Below, piece after piece: positions 21,413 to 31,381 of a stretch of DNA of 64,000 nucleotides. The stretch spans positions 7,701-71,700 of the forward strand of contig CAYZTQ010000001.1 of NCBI GenBank assembly GCA_964481445.1, given 5' to 3'. Both the position numbers and the translations under genes were made by a program. Below the pieces are notes generated by a model. It did no database searches. It was not told the DNA's origin and was given only the letters and a program-made list of their open reading frames with translations. The stretch is from an uncultured Christensenella sp. Its GTDB lineage: Bacteria > Bacillota > Clostridia > Christensenellales > Aristaeellaceae. Within the stretch, counting starts at the first letter, position 1; each line of letters starts with the position of its first letter.

Positions 21413-21802
21413 ATGGACATGGTGGAAGTGGTGGCCGCGCTGATACGCAATGGTGAGAGCATTCTGATCTGCAAGCGCCCGGCCGATAAGGCGCGCGCCC
21501 TGCTGTGGGAGTTTCCGGGCGGTAAAATCGAACAGGGAGAAAGCCCCGAGGAGGCCCTGCGCCGCGAGTGCATGGAAGAGCTGGATGTGCGCCTTCGGGT
21601 CGGCGGGCTTTACATGCAGGTGACGCACGAATACCCCGACATTACCATCCGCCTGTCGCTGTACGAGGCGGTCATCCAGAGCGGCCGGCTGCGTCAAAAA
21701 GAGCACGCCGCGCTCGAATGGATCAGGCCCGGCGAGATAGACCGCTACGAGTTTTGCCCGGCGGACGCGGACATCGTGAAGAAAATCCGCGCGGAGAGCT
21801 GA
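21413..21802 (+). CDS. NUDIX hydrolase, MutT/8-oxo-dGTP diphosphatase type
   Basis: 129 aa. The Nudix box is WEFPGGKIEQGESPEEALRRECMEELDV, in a MutT-like context (VVAALIRNGESILICKRP). Confidence 0.75.
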   Translation: MDMVEVVAALIRNGESILICKRPADKARALLWEFPGGKIEQGESPEEALRRECMEELDVRLRVGGLYMQVTHEYPDITIRLSLYEAVIQSGRLRQKEHAALEWIRPGEIDRYEFCPADADIVKKIRAES

Positions 21803-21818
21803 ATCAATCACATAAAAC

Positions 21819-21852
21819 GGGGGAGGCGATAAGGCCTCCCCCACAGAATTTT
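21819..21852. terminator. Bidirectional terminator between the NUDIX gene and htrA
   Basis: GGGGGAGGC (21819-21827) pairs with GCCTCCCCC (21834-21842), a 9-bp stem, followed by ACAGAATTTTT. Confidence 0.6.
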
Positions 21853-21860
21853 TCAGGCTA

Positions 21861-23150
21861 TTACAGGCTGTCGCTCAGGTTCTTCAGCTCTGCCGTGGTG
21901 GTCTGGTAGTCGCCTTCCTGCACCGAGCGGACATCGCCGCTTCCGCTGACGACATCGGCAAGGCCGGGGGCACGGAAGTACTTCAGCTCGACGCTGTCGC
22001 CGGCCTTCAGCTCGCTGAGGGCGCTGATGAGCGCGTCATGGCTGGAAACAACGGTGCCGTTGACTTCCACGATGATATCGCCTGCCTTCAGACCGGCCTT
22101 TTCGGCGGGAGAATCCTTCTCCACCTCGCTGATATAGGCGCCCTGCGGAAGACCGCCGGGAACGGCCGCGTTGAAGCTGTCATTCAGCGTGCCGACCATG
22201 ATGCCCAGGCGCGGACGGTTCGGGTCATCGGGCTGGGCGTTGTCCTTCACCTTCGCGTTTTTCACGGTGTCGGCGTTGTACTCTTCAAGCGCTTGACGGA
22301 TGATGGGCTTGGCCGTGTTGATGGGCACGCACATGCCGATGTTGTCAACGCTGGGGCCGTTTGAGAACATGTTGGGGCTGCTGTCATACTTGAGGGTCGG
22401 GATACCCTGCAGCTCGCCCAGCGTGTTGAACATGCCGCCGCCGGAGTTGCCGCTGGAAATAGCGGAGTCCACCTGGATCATGCTGTTGGTCACGGTCGTC
22501 CTGCGGCCGTAGCGGTCGTTGCCGCTGCCCTGGATGGAACGGTTGTAGGCGGAGACAACGCCCACGGTGACGCTGCGGTCAAATTCCTGCCCCAGCGGGT
22601 TGCCGATGACGATGGCCCACTCGCCTACCTGAATGCTGTCGCTGTCGCCCAGCTTGACGGGCTTCAGACCGATGCCGGGGACCAGCAGCACCGCGACGTC
22701 CAGCGTTTCATCGGTGGCCACCAGCGTGGCCTCGGCTTCCTTGGTGCCGTAGGTGACGGTGATGCGGCTGGCGCCCTTGATCACATGGTTGTTGGTCAGA
22801 ATGTGGCCGTACTCGCTGATGACGACGCCCGAGCCGGTGCCGGCCAGCTGCTCGCGCTGGTAGGCGGGCTCATTGAAATTGTAAAAGCCGCCGAAACCGC
22901 CGAAGCCGTTGCCGCGCGAAGTGACCATCTGGTAGTTGTTGACGCCGACCACGCTCTCGCGCACATCGTTGGCCACCTGAAGGAAGGGGCTGGTGATCTT
23001 GTCGGTGTCCGTCTTGGTTTCCACCACCGCGTCAATCTGCTCGCGGGTCAGGGTGCCGCTTGCAGCCGACGAAGTGAAGGCCAGCGATACCGCCAGCGCG
23101 AAGACCAGCAGCGCGGACAGGATACCCATCTTTTTCTTCTGATTCAACAT
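21861..23150 (-). CDS. htrA: HtrA/DegP family serine protease (trypsin-like plus PDZ)
   Basis: 429 aa with an N-terminal TM anchor. The catalytic motifs are TNNHV (His) and GNSGGGMFN (Ser). The C-terminal PDZ region reads GAYISEVEKDSPAEKAGLKAGDIIVEVNG. Confidence 0.85.
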   Translation of the reverse strand: MLNQKKKMGILSALLVFALAVSLAFTSSAASGTLTREQIDAVVETKTDTDKITSPFLQVANDVRESVVGVNNYQMVTSRGNGFGGFGGFYNFNEPAYQREQLAGTGSGVVISEYGHILTNNHVIKGASRITVTYGTKEAEATLVATDETLDVAVLLVPGIGLKPVKLGDSDSIQVGEWAIVIGNPLGQEFDRSVTVGVVSAYNRSIQGSGNDRYGRRTTVTNSMIQVDSAISSGNSGGGMFNTLGELQGIPTLKYDSSPNMFSNGPSVDNIGMCVPINTAKPIIRQALEEYNADTVKNAKVKDNAQPDDPNRPRLGIMVGTLNDSFNAAVPGGLPQGAYISEVEKDSPAEKAGLKAGDIIVEVNGTVVSSHDALISALSELKAGDSVELKYFRAPGLADVVSGSGDVRSVQEGDYQTTTAELKNLSDSL

Positions 23151-23378
23151 GTAAATTCACTCCCTGTTGTTTCGTGTTGGGGCACTTTCCGTGCCTGTTC
23201 ATAGTGTACCCACCGATTTTGACATGTGCATGAACAATATGTGAATACTGGCGGAAAAGTCCGCCCGCCTGTCTATCCCGCGCGCCGGACGGGGATGATG
23301 AGGGGGCGGGCGCTTCGCACGCTGTCCGGATACATTCACGCGCCGCCCCGCGGACAGGCGGAAAAGCCTTTCAAACGC

Positions 23379-23408
23379 TTGCATAATATTCGCCTGCAGT
23401 GGTATTAT
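23379..23408 (+). promoter_or_regulatory. Candidate promoter of tig
   Basis: TTGCAT (23379-23384), 18 nt, TGG-TATTAT (extended -10, hexamer at 23403-23408), about 60 nt upstream of the tig ATG. Confidence 0.35.
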
Positions 23409-23467
23409 GTAATGTAACGTTCTATGCCCTGCACGGAACGCATCGCCCAACAACTGAGGAGGTTTCC

Positions 23468-24970
23468 ATGGATTTCAGCACTGAAAAATTGTCCGGAAAT
23501 AAGGTCAAGATTTCATTCAGCGTCGCGGCGGAAGATTTTGACGCCGCCATGCAGAAGGCGTATGTCAAGACGAGAGGCCGTGTGAACGTGCCCGGCTTTC
23601 GCAAGGGCAAGGCCCCGCGCAAGCTCATTGAAAGCATGTATGGCGAAGCCGTTTTTTACGACGACGCTCTGGATCTGATCTTTCCCGACGCCTATCAGGA
23701 AGCCGTCACCAAGGGCGACCTCCATCCCGTTGACCGGCCCCAGCTGGATGTGCAGCAGATCGGCAGCGGCAAAGAACTGAAGTTTACAGTAGAAGTATTC
23801 GTCCTGCCCGATGTGACCCTCGGCGACTATAAGAAGCTGAAGGCCACCAAGCATGTGCACGATATTTCCGACGAGCAGATCGAGCACCGCATCGGCCATG
23901 ACATCGAGAAGGCCACCACCGAGCAGGATGTGACGGACCGCGCCGCCAAGGCCGGCGACATCGTGAAGATCGACTACCTCGGCACCGTGGACGGCGTGCC
24001 CTTTGAGGGCGGCAAGGCCGAAGACCAGCGGCTGGAGCTGGGCAGCAACAGCTTTATCCCCGGTTTTGAGGATCAGGTGGCCGGCATGCAGATTGGCGAA
24101 GAGAAAGACCTGAACGTCACCTTCCCCGAGCAGTATCACGCCGAACAGCTGGCCGGCAAGGCCGCTGTGTTCCATGTCAGGCTGAACGGCATCATCGAGC
24201 GCGTGAAGCCCGAGCTGGATGACGAGTTCGCGGCCGATGTCTCGCCCTATACCACCTTTGCCGAGTACCGCGAGAGCATCGTCAAAGAGCTGACCGAGCA
24301 GCGCGACCGCAACGCCGAAACCATGCTGGAAAACGATTTGGTGCAGCAGGCGGTCGATCAGGCGGACTGTGATATCCCCGAGGCCATGATTACCGACGAG
24401 CTGGAAAACACCTTCCGCAACTGGCGCATGCGCCTTGCCTATCAGGGCATCAGCGCGGAAGATTTCATGAAGTACACCGGCCAGAGCGAAGAGCAGATCC
24501 GTGAGATGATGAAGCCCGAGGCTGCCGCCAACGTGAAGACCCAGCTTGTACTGGATGCCATCGCCAAAGAAGAGAAGCTGGAGCCCTCGCAGGAAGCCAT
24601 TGACCACGAGATCGAAGAGCATGCCAAACAGATGGGCCGCGAACTCGCCCAGTACAAGGAGAGCCTCAACGAGCGTCAGCTGGCCTATTACAAGGATCTG
24701 GCCATCACCCGCATGGTGATCGACCTGCTGAAGACAAACGCCGAGGTCACGCTGCACGAGGGCCCCGCTCACGAGGATGAGCCCCTTGACGTGGCTGATA
24801 TCGTAGAGAAGGTGGAGGAAGCCCTGCCCGAGGAGGGCGAGGAAGCCCCCAAGAAAAAAGCCGGGAAGGCCGCTTCCGGGGAAGAAGAAGCCGAGCCCGC
24901 CAAAAAGGCGGCCAGGCCCCGCGCCAGGAAGACGGCCAAGGCTGAAGAGAAGCCGGAAGATCAGGAATAA
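23468..24970 (+). CDS. tig: Trigger factor with a ~70-aa charged C-terminal tail
   Basis: In ORF 23399..24970 the start is taken at MDFSTEKLSGNKVKISFSV, with a GAGGAGG RBS. The ribosome-binding motif is GFRKGKAPR. An FKBP domain is present (IDYLGTVDGVPFEGGKAEDQRLELGSNSFIPGFEDQ). Confidence 0.9.
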   Translation: MDFSTEKLSGNKVKISFSVAAEDFDAAMQKAYVKTRGRVNVPGFRKGKAPRKLIESMYGEAVFYDDALDLIFPDAYQEAVTKGDLHPVDRPQLDVQQIGSGKELKFTVEVFVLPDVTLGDYKKLKATKHVHDISDEQIEHRIGHDIEKATTEQDVTDRAAKAGDIVKIDYLGTVDGVPFEGGKAEDQRLELGSNSFIPGFEDQVAGMQIGEEKDLNVTFPEQYHAEQLAGKAAVFHVRLNGIIERVKPELDDEFAADVSPYTTFAEYRESIVKELTEQRDRNAETMLENDLVQQAVDQADCDIPEAMITDELENTFRNWRMRLAYQGISAEDFMKYTGQSEEQIREMMKPEAAANVKTQLVLDAIAKEEKLEPSQEAIDHEIEEHAKQMGRELAQYKESLNERQLAYYKDLAITRMVIDLLKTNAEVTLHEGPAHEDEPLDVADIVEKVEEALPEEGEEAPKKKAGKAASGEEEAEPAKKAARPRARKTAKAEEKPEDQE

Positions 24971-25000
24971 TCCTCCTGCCGGCAGACAGGAGACCATGGA

Positions 25001-25618
25001 ATGAACAATAAGAACTACCTGATACCCTATGTGATCGAGCGCAGCGGAAGCGGCGAGCGTTCCTACGACATATATTCCCGCCTGCTCAAGGACAGGATCA
25101 TCTTCCTTTCCGGGGAGATTGAGGATGAGATGGCCAACGCCGTCGTCGCTCAGCTGCTGTTCCTTGAGATGGATAACCCGGACGCGGATATTTCCCTGTA
25201 CATCAACAGCCCCGGCGGCTCCGTCACCGCGGGCATGGCGATCTACGATACCATGCAGTATATCAAGGCGCCTGTCCGCACCGTATGCGTGGGCATGGCG
25301 GCCTCGATGGGCGCCTTCCTGCTGATGGCGGGCGAAAAGGGCAAGCGCATGGCGCTGCCCAACGCCGAGGTGATGATTCACCAGCCTTCGGGCGGCGCGC
25401 AGGGGCAGGCGACGGATGTGAGCATCCGCGCGGAGTGGCTGCTGCGCACCAAGAAGAAGATGAACCGCATGATGTCTGAAATGACCGGCCAGAGCATCGA
25501 AAAAGTGGCTGCGGACGCGGAGCGCGATTACTTCATGTCCGCCCAGGAAGCGCTGAAGTACGGTATTGTCGACCAGATTTATGACCCCCGCAAAAAGGAT
25601 GAGGTGAAGGATGCCTAA
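25001..25618 (+). CDS. clpP: ATP-dependent Clp protease proteolytic subunit
   Basis: 205 aa. Family-typical segments are [49 protein letters not shown] and IHQP. Confidence 0.95.
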   Translation: MNNKNYLIPYVIERSGSGERSYDIYSRLLKDRIIFLSGEIEDEMANAVVAQLLFLEMDNPDADISLYINSPGGSVTAGMAIYDTMQYIKAPVRTVCVGMAASMGAFLLMAGEKGKRMALPNAEVMIHQPSGGAQGQATDVSIRAEWLLRTKKKMNRMMSEMTGQSIEKVAADAERDYFMSAQEALKYGIVDQIYDPRKKDEVKDA

Positions 25619-26900
25619 GGGACCGGGAGATCTGCAAAGGTCGCATCATTGCAGCTTCTGCGGAAAATCGCAAAACCAGGTCGAGCGGCTGATTGAAGGC
25701 CCCGGCGTCTATATCTGCGATGAGTGCGTGGCGCTGTGCGCCGATGTTCTGAGTGACCTTCCCAAAGAAAGCAAAAAGCGCGGCGCGCCCGAAAAGCTGC
25801 TCAAACCGGCGCAGATCAAGGAAACGCTGGATCAATACGTTATCGGGCAGGAGCATGCCAAGCGCGCCCTGTGCGTGGCGGTGTACAACCACTACAAGCG
25901 CATCCGCAGCAACGGCGACAAGAACGACGTCGAGCTTCAAAAATCAAACGTCCTGCTGGTCGGGCCCACGGGCTCGGGCAAAACCTATCTGGCCCAGTCG
26001 CTGGCCCGCATCCTGCAGGTGCCCTTCGCCATCGCCGACGCGACCTCGCTGACCGAGGCCGGCTATGTGGGCGAGGATGTCGAAAACATCCTGCTGCGCC
26101 TGATTCAGGCGGCCGACGGCGACATCAAGGCGGCCGAGCACGGCATCATTTACATCGACGAGGTGGATAAAATCGCCCGCAAGAGCGAGAATGTCTCCAT
26201 CACGCGCGACGTGTCGGGCGAGGGCGTGCAGCAGGCGCTGCTGAAGATCGTGGAAGGCACGCTGGCCAATGTGCCGCCGCAGGGTGGCCGCAAGCACCCG
26301 CAAGCCGAGATGCTGCAGATCGACACCACCAACATTCTGTTCATCGTGGGCGGCGCCTTTGACGGGCTGGAAAGTATCATCGCCAGCCGCATGGGCGGCA
26401 GAACGCTCGGCTTCGGCGCCGAGCTGGAAAGCAAGGATGACCTGCGCCTTGGCCGCGTGCTGTCGAACCTGCGGCCGGAGGATCTGGTCAAGTTCGGCCT
26501 GATCCCCGAGCTGGTGGGCCGTCTGCCCGTGATGCTGACGCTGGATAACCTGGACGAAGAGGCCATGATCCGCATCCTGACCGAGCCGAAGAACGCGCTG
26601 GTCAAGCAGTACCAGCGGCTGTTTGAGCTGGACAAGGTGGATCTGCGCTTTACCGACGAAGCCCTGCAGGCTGTTGCCAAAGAGGCCATCAGCCGCAAGA
26701 CGGGCGCGCGCGGCCTGCGCTCCATCATCGAAAGAGCTCTGCTCGATACCATGTTCGAGATTCCGGGCGAAAGCGATATCAAAAGCTGCAAGGTGACGCG
26801 CGAAGTGATAACGGAGGGGGCGGCGCCGGAGCTGATACGCGAAGTGACGCGCGCAAGAAAACGCGCTTCCGTCACTGAGCCGGTTACGGACGCGTCCTGA
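25611..26900 (+). CDS. clpX: ATP-dependent Clp protease ATP-binding subunit ClpX
   Basis: 429 aa. It has a C4 zinc finger (CSFCGK...CDEC), Walker A GPTGSGKT and Walker [10 protein letters not shown]. It overlaps the clpP stop by 8 nt. Confidence 0.95.
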   Translation: MPKGPGDLQRSHHCSFCGKSQNQVERLIEGPGVYICDECVALCADVLSDLPKESKKRGAPEKLLKPAQIKETLDQYVIGQEHAKRALCVAVYNHYKRIRSNGDKNDVELQKSNVLLVGPTGSGKTYLAQSLARILQVPFAIADATSLTEAGYVGEDVENILLRLIQAADGDIKAAEHGIIYIDEVDKIARKSENVSITRDVSGEGVQQALLKIVEGTLANVPPQGGRKHPQAEMLQIDTTNILFIVGGAFDGLESIIASRMGGRTLGFGAELESKDDLRLGRVLSNLRPEDLVKFGLIPELVGRLPVMLTLDNLDEEAMIRILTEPKNALVKQYQRLFELDKVDLRFTDEALQAVAKEAISRKTGARGLRSIIERALLDTMFEIPGESDIKSCKVTREVITEGAAPELIREVTRARKRASVTEPVTDAS

Positions 26901-26936
26901 GCCGAAAGGCCGTTATCCGTATAGTTTATTTTCATG

Positions 26937-26972
26937 CCTCTTCCTGACAGCATTGGCGGGAAGAGGTCTTTT
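26937..26972 (+). terminator. Stem-loop with a T-run between clpX and lon; terminator or attenuator
   Basis: CCTCTTCC (26937-26944) pairs with GGAAGAGG (26959-26966), followed by TCTTTT. Confidence 0.4.
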
Positions 26973-26986
26973 GACAGGAGGGCCTT

Positions 26987-29335
26987 ATGGCGAAAACGAG
27001 GAGCGGGCAGGGCTTTGAAATTCTGCCGCTGATGCCGCTGCGGGGGATGATCCTCTTTCCCCACGCGACCATGGATCTGGATGTGGGGCGGGATCAGAGC
27101 ATCAAGGCGGTGGAGCGGGCGATGGCGCAGGATCAGCGCATCTTCATCGTGGCGCAGAAAAATATCAACGTGGAAGACCCGGGCTTTGAGGATATGAACC
27201 CCGTTGGCACCATTGCCCGCATCAGGCAGGTGTTGCATATCACCGGCAGCATGCTGCGCGTGCTTGTGGAGGGCGTGCAGCGGGCGAAGCTTGAAAAAGT
27301 GGCCGTTTCGCAGGAAGCCTGGGTGGGTTGGGTCACGCCCATCGCCCCCATCGCGCCTGAGGAAATCACGCCCGAGCTTGCCGCTTCCGTGCGCGTGGCG
27401 CAGGATTATTTCAAGGAGTTTGCCGAGGCGAGCCAGCGGATCTCGCCGGAGGCGGAGCGTACCATCCGCGCCATCAAGAACCCCGATGAGCTGGTGGATG
27501 TGATCGCGGGCAACGCCATCAGCCGCACGGAAGAAAAGGAAACCCTGCTCAATATCCTCGGCACCGCGGAGCGGCTGGAAGCCCTTTCCATTTCCCTGAT
27601 GAAAGAGGCGCGTTTCGCGGGGCTGGAGCGGATGGTGCAGTTGCGCATCCGCATGCAGATGGATAAAAACCAGAAGGATTACTATCTGCGCGAGCAGATG
27701 CGGGTGATTCAGGAAGAGCTGGGCGAAGATGAGGATGAGGACATCGACAGCTACCGTCAGCGCCTGGAAAAGACGCCGCTGAACGCGGAGGCCAGGGAGA
27801 AGGCGGAGAAAGAGATTGACCGCCTCAGCCGCATGCAGGCCGGCACGCCGGAGAGTACGGTCTCCGAAAACTATCTGGACTGGCTGCTTGACCTGCCCTG
27901 GGAAAAGTACACCACCGACAACCTGAAGCTTGACCGCGCCCGCCGGGTGCTCGACCGCGACCACTACGGCATGGAAAAGGTCAAAGAGCGCATCATCGAT
28001 TTTCTGGCCGTGCTGGGGCTCCGGCAGCGCAGCGACAAAAACGCCGCCATGCGCGGCCCCGTGCTCTGCTTCGTGGGCCCTCCGGGCGTCGGCAAAACCT
28101 CCATCGTCAAGGCCGTGGCCAAGGCCATGGGCCGCGAGTTTGTGCAGATGTCGCTGGGCGGCGTGCGCGACGAGTCTGAGATTTTCGGCCACAGGCGCAC
28201 CTATATCGGCGCCATGCCCGGCCATGTAATCAACGGGCTCAAGCGCGCCGGCAGCATGAACCCCGTCTTCCTCTTTGACGAGATCGACAAGATGGGCAAC
28301 GATTACCGCGGCGACCCCGCCAGCGCCATGCTGGAGGTGCTGGACGCCGAGCAGAACATGCACTTCCGCGACCATTATCTGGATGTGCCGATGGATCTGT
28401 CGCGCGTCATGTTTGTGACCACGGCCAACACGCGGGAGTCCATCCCCGCGCCGCTGCTGGACCGCATGGAGATCATCGAGGTACCCAGCTACACCGAAGA
28501 AGAGAAGCTGCAGATCGCCAAGCGGCACCTGATGAAAAAGCAGCTGATCGAAAACGGGCTGGACCCGAAAAAGGTTACCGTGACGCAGGACGCGCTGCGC
28601 TTTGTCATCGAAGGCTATACCAGAGAGGCGGGCGTGCGCACGCTGACCCGTATGCTGGCGACGCTGGCCCGCAAGGCGGCTGTGCATCTGCTCGACCAGA
28701 ATACCGACAGCCTGCGCATCGACCGCAAAACCGCGGGCGCATATCTGGGCGCGGAGCGCTTTCTGCGCGACCCGCTGCAGCAAAAGCCGCTGGTCGGCAC
28801 GGTCAACGGCCTTGCCTATACTGAGGTGGGCGGCGAAATGCTGCAGGTGGAGTGCGTCACCATGCCCGGCACCGGCAAGCTGACCCTGACCGGCAGCCTG
28901 GGCGATGTGATGAAGGAATCTGCGCAGGCGGCCCTTTCCTGGGTGCGCGCCCACTGCAAAGACTACGGGCTTGCGGATGATTTTCATACCAAGCTCGATA
29001 TCCACATCCATGTGCCGGAGGGGGCTGTGCCCAAGGACGGCCCCTCCGCCGGCGTGACGATGGCGACTGCCTTGCTGTCTGCGGTGACGGGGCGCAGGGT
29101 GCGCGCCGATGTCGCCATGACGGGAGAAATCACGCTGAACGGCCGCGTGCTGCCCATCGGCGGCGTGAAGGAAAAAACGCTGGCCGCCTACCGGGCGGGC
29201 GTCAAGCAGCTGATTCTGCCCCGTGAGAACAGCAAGGATTTCGGCGAGCTGCCGCCCTATATCCGGGAGCGCTTTGCCGTGACCTATGCCGATACCATCG
29301 AGCAGGTGACGGCGCTCGCCCTGCTGGAGGCGTAA
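26987..29335 (+). CDS. lon: Lon protease (LonA)
   Basis: 782 aa. It has an N-terminal LON domain, Walker [10 protein letters not shown], and the protease Ser motif [15 protein letters not shown]. Confidence 0.95.
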   Translation: MAKTRSGQGFEILPLMPLRGMILFPHATMDLDVGRDQSIKAVERAMAQDQRIFIVAQKNINVEDPGFEDMNPVGTIARIRQVLHITGSMLRVLVEGVQRAKLEKVAVSQEAWVGWVTPIAPIAPEEITPELAASVRVAQDYFKEFAEASQRISPEAERTIRAIKNPDELVDVIAGNAISRTEEKETLLNILGTAERLEALSISLMKEARFAGLERMVQLRIRMQMDKNQKDYYLREQMRVIQEELGEDEDEDIDSYRQRLEKTPLNAEAREKAEKEIDRLSRMQAGTPESTVSENYLDWLLDLPWEKYTTDNLKLDRARRVLDRDHYGMEKVKERIIDFLAVLGLRQRSDKNAAMRGPVLCFVGPPGVGKTSIVKAVAKAMGREFVQMSLGGVRDESEIFGHRRTYIGAMPGHVINGLKRAGSMNPVFLFDEIDKMGNDYRGDPASAMLEVLDAEQNMHFRDHYLDVPMDLSRVMFVTTANTRESIPAPLLDRMEIIEVPSYTEEEKLQIAKRHLMKKQLIENGLDPKKVTVTQDALRFVIEGYTREAGVRTLTRMLATLARKAAVHLLDQNTDSLRIDRKTAGAYLGAERFLRDPLQQKPLVGTVNGLAYTEVGGEMLQVECVTMPGTGKLTLTGSLGDVMKESAQAALSWVRAHCKDYGLADDFHTKLDIHIHVPEGAVPKDGPSAGVTMATALLSAVTGRRVRADVAMTGEITLNGRVLPIGGVKEKTLAAYRAGVKQLILPRENSKDFGELPPYIRERFAVTYADTIEQVTALALLEA

Positions 29336-29913
29336 TGGAGATCAAGAAAGCGTCTTTTGTCACCAGTCTGGCGGCCTATGGCAGCTTCCCCGGCAGGGGA
29401 CTGCCACAGCTTGCCATGGCCGGGCGCAGCAACGTGGGCAAATCCACGCTGATCAACACCCTGTGCCGCAACGGCCGCCTGGCCAAGACCTCCTCAACGC
29501 CTGGCAAGACCCGGCTGATCAACGTGTTCCTGCTCAACGAGGCCTTTCACCTGATCGACCTGCCCGGCTACGGCTACGCCAAGGTGGCAAGAGAAGAGAA
29601 GGAGCGCTGGGGCGAGCGGATGGGGAGCTATTTCAGCGGCAACGAGTTGCTGCGCGCGGTGGCGCTGCTGGTGGATATCCGCCACGCGCCCTCGCAGGAC
29701 GATTTGCAGATGGCGACCTTTCTGCGCCAGTCGGGCATCCCCTTTATTACCGTGGCCACCAAGGCGGACAAGGTTTCAAAGGCGGCCCGCCAAAAGCAGC
29801 TGCTGCCCATCGCCATGGCGCTGCAGGTGCAGCCCTTTGACATCATCCCCTGGTCGTCCGAGACAGGGGAAGGGCGGGAGGCCCTGCTGGCCGCGCTGGA
29901 CAAGTATCTGTAA
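29335..29913 (+). CDS. engB: Ribosome biogenesis GTP-binding protein YsxC/EngB
   Basis: 192 aa. It carries G1 [13 protein letters not shown]3 DLPGYGY and G4 TKADK. Its ATG overlaps the lon TAA. Confidence 0.85.
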   Translation: MEIKKASFVTSLAAYGSFPGRGLPQLAMAGRSNVGKSTLINTLCRNGRLAKTSSTPGKTRLINVFLLNEAFHLIDLPGYGYAKVAREEKERWGERMGSYFSGNELLRAVALLVDIRHAPSQDDLQMATFLRQSGIPFITVATKADKVSKAARQKQLLPIAMALQVQPFDIIPWSSETGEGREALLAALDKYL

Positions 29914-30095
29914 ACGAAAATATCAGCTCATGACCTTTCAGAGGAGCCGTTTGCCCGGTTCCTTTTTGCTTGCGCCAAACTGCTGCGGTTTCGGGCGGCT
30001 CGCTTCTGTGTATACTAAGTGTACAGGAGTTAGTGTACGCTAACTTTGAAGCCGCTGTATTGAAGCGGCGAAACGGGTGAAAGGAAGGTAATATT

Positions 30096-30716
30096 ATGTA
30101 TCAACAGATTCAGCTGCCTTACGCATATAACGCTCTGGAACCCCATATTGACGCGCTGACCATGGAGACCCATTACACCAAACACCACGCCGCCTATACG
30201 AAAAACCTGAATGAGGCGGCGGAGAAGGCCGGCGTGGCCGACAAACCCATAGAAGAGCTGCTTTCCTCGCTGAATGAAGTGAAGGATGAGGCGCTGCGCA
30301 AAACCATCCGCAACAACGGCGGCGGCTATTACAACCACAACCTCTACTTCGGCACCATGGCGCCCGGCGCGGGCGGCAGACCCGAGGGGGAGCTGGCCGA
30401 GGCGATCGACAGACAGCTTGGAGGCTTCGAAAATCTGAAAAGCGAGCTTTCCCGTCTTGGCGCGGGGCAGTTCGGTTCCGGCTGGGTCTGGCTTTCCGCC
30501 AGGAAGGACGGCACGCTCGCGCTCAGCGCTACCCCGAATCAGGATAACCCCCTGATGGAAGGCAATGGCCTGACGCCCATCCTCGGCATCGATGTGTGGG
30601 AGCACGCCTATTACCTGAAGTACAAGAACCTGCGCGGCGATTACATCAAGGCCTTCTTTGAGGTCATCGACTGGAAGGCCGTGGCGAAAAACTATGCCCG
30701 CGTCAAGCAAGGCTAA
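30096..30716 (+). CDS. Fe/Mn-family superoxide dismutase
   Basis: 206 aa. LPYAYNALEPHIDALTMETHYTKHHAAY and the C-terminal GIDVWEHAYYLKYKN are classic Fe/Mn SOD motifs. Metal specificity cannot be called by eye. Confidence 0.9.
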   Translation: MYQQIQLPYAYNALEPHIDALTMETHYTKHHAAYTKNLNEAAEKAGVADKPIEELLSSLNEVKDEALRKTIRNNGGGYYNHNLYFGTMAPGAGGRPEGELAEAIDRQLGGFENLKSELSRLGAGQFGSGWVWLSARKDGTLALSATPNQDNPLMEGNGLTPILGIDVWEHAYYLKYKNLRGDYIKAFFEVIDWKAVAKNYARVKQG

Positions 30717-30731
30717 ACAGACCGAGTTGAG

Positions 30732-30769
30732 GCAGCCGGGCGGAGGAGGCTTCGCCCGGCTGCATTTTG
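30732..30769 (+). terminator. Rho-independent terminator after the SOD gene
   Basis: GCAGCCGGGCG (30732-30742) pairs with CGCCCGGCTGC (30753-30763), followed by ATTTTG. Confidence 0.6.
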
Positions 30770-30796
30770 CCCGTCAGCATCATTTAGTATCTGAAG

Positions 30797-30829
30797 AATA
30801 TTGATAATATTGTTTAGCTGCTATATAAT
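30797..30829 (+). promoter_or_regulatory. suf operon promoter with an overlapping AATATT-GAT-AATATT repeat; candidate MarR operator
   Basis: TTGATA (30801-30806), 17 nt, TATAAT (30824-30829). The AT-rich dyad AATATTGATAATATT (30797-30811) overlaps the -35 element. Confidence 0.45.
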
Positions 30830-30847
30830 ATCGGAGGGGGTGAGAGG

Positions 30848-31381
30848 ATGAGCAGTCAGGAAGAACTGATCAGAAAACTGTACAGAACCGTCAGCCTGGT
30901 GGGCTGTGAGTCGCGCCTTGCGCGCAGCTACGGCACGGCGCACGAACTGACCCCTTCGGATATGGATTTTTTAAAGTGTGTGGAGCGCAAGGCGGACGCC
31001 AAAGCGGGGGATATTTCGCTGTATCTGGGCGTCACCAACGGGGCAACCACGCAGTTGGCCGGAAAACTTGAGCAAAAGGGCTACATTGAGCCTTACCGGC
31101 AGGCAGGCAACCGCAAGGAAGTCTTTTACAGGCTGACCGACTCCGGCCGGGCGGCCTGCCGCGGCTTTGATGAGCATTACGAGAAGATCAAGCGCGAAGT
31201 GGCGGCCTATCTGGGCAGGCTGGACGACGCGGCCCTGCTTCAGATAGACGGCCTGCTCGACGTCATGGCCGAGAACCTTGACGTCGGCGAATACTGCTCC
31301 GTCAGGCACGGAGAGAATCAGAGTGAAAGCCCGCTGTCAGCGGGAGGAAAGAAGTGCGAGAAATGTCGGAAACTTTACTGA
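30848..31381 (+). CDS. MarR-family transcriptional regulator with a Cys-containing C-terminal tail; first gene of the suf operon
   Basis: 177 aa. A winged-HTH region is present (GDISLYLGVTNGATTQLAGKLEQKGYIEPYRQAGNRKEVFYRLTDSG). The tail reads EYCSVRHGENQSESPLSAGGKKCEKCRKLY. The 3' end overlaps the sufC start. Confidence 0.7.
   Translation: MSSQEELIRKLYRTVSLVGCESRLARSYGTAHELTPSDMDFLKCVERKADAKAGDISLYLGVTNGATTQLAGKLEQKGYIEPYRQAGNRKEVFYRLTDSGRAACRGFDEHYEKIKREVAAYLGRLDDAALLQIDGLLDVMAENLDVGEYCSVRHGENQSESPLSAGGKKCEKCRKLY

Noticed and set aside
21254-21844. N-terminal 196 aa of track ORF 20438..21844
   Set aside because: PurR homology starts at the internal Met (ATG at 21253), which has a good RBS. 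The upstream extension runs antisense through the NUDIX gene and the intergenic region.
23513-25381. 622-aa minus-strand ORF
   Set aside because: It is antisense to tig and clpP, both of which are unambiguous.
26150-29011. 953-aa minus-strand ORF
   Set aside because: It spans the clpX 3' end, the intergenic terminator and most of lon on the opposite strand. It has no motifs and a biased composition, so it is an artefact.
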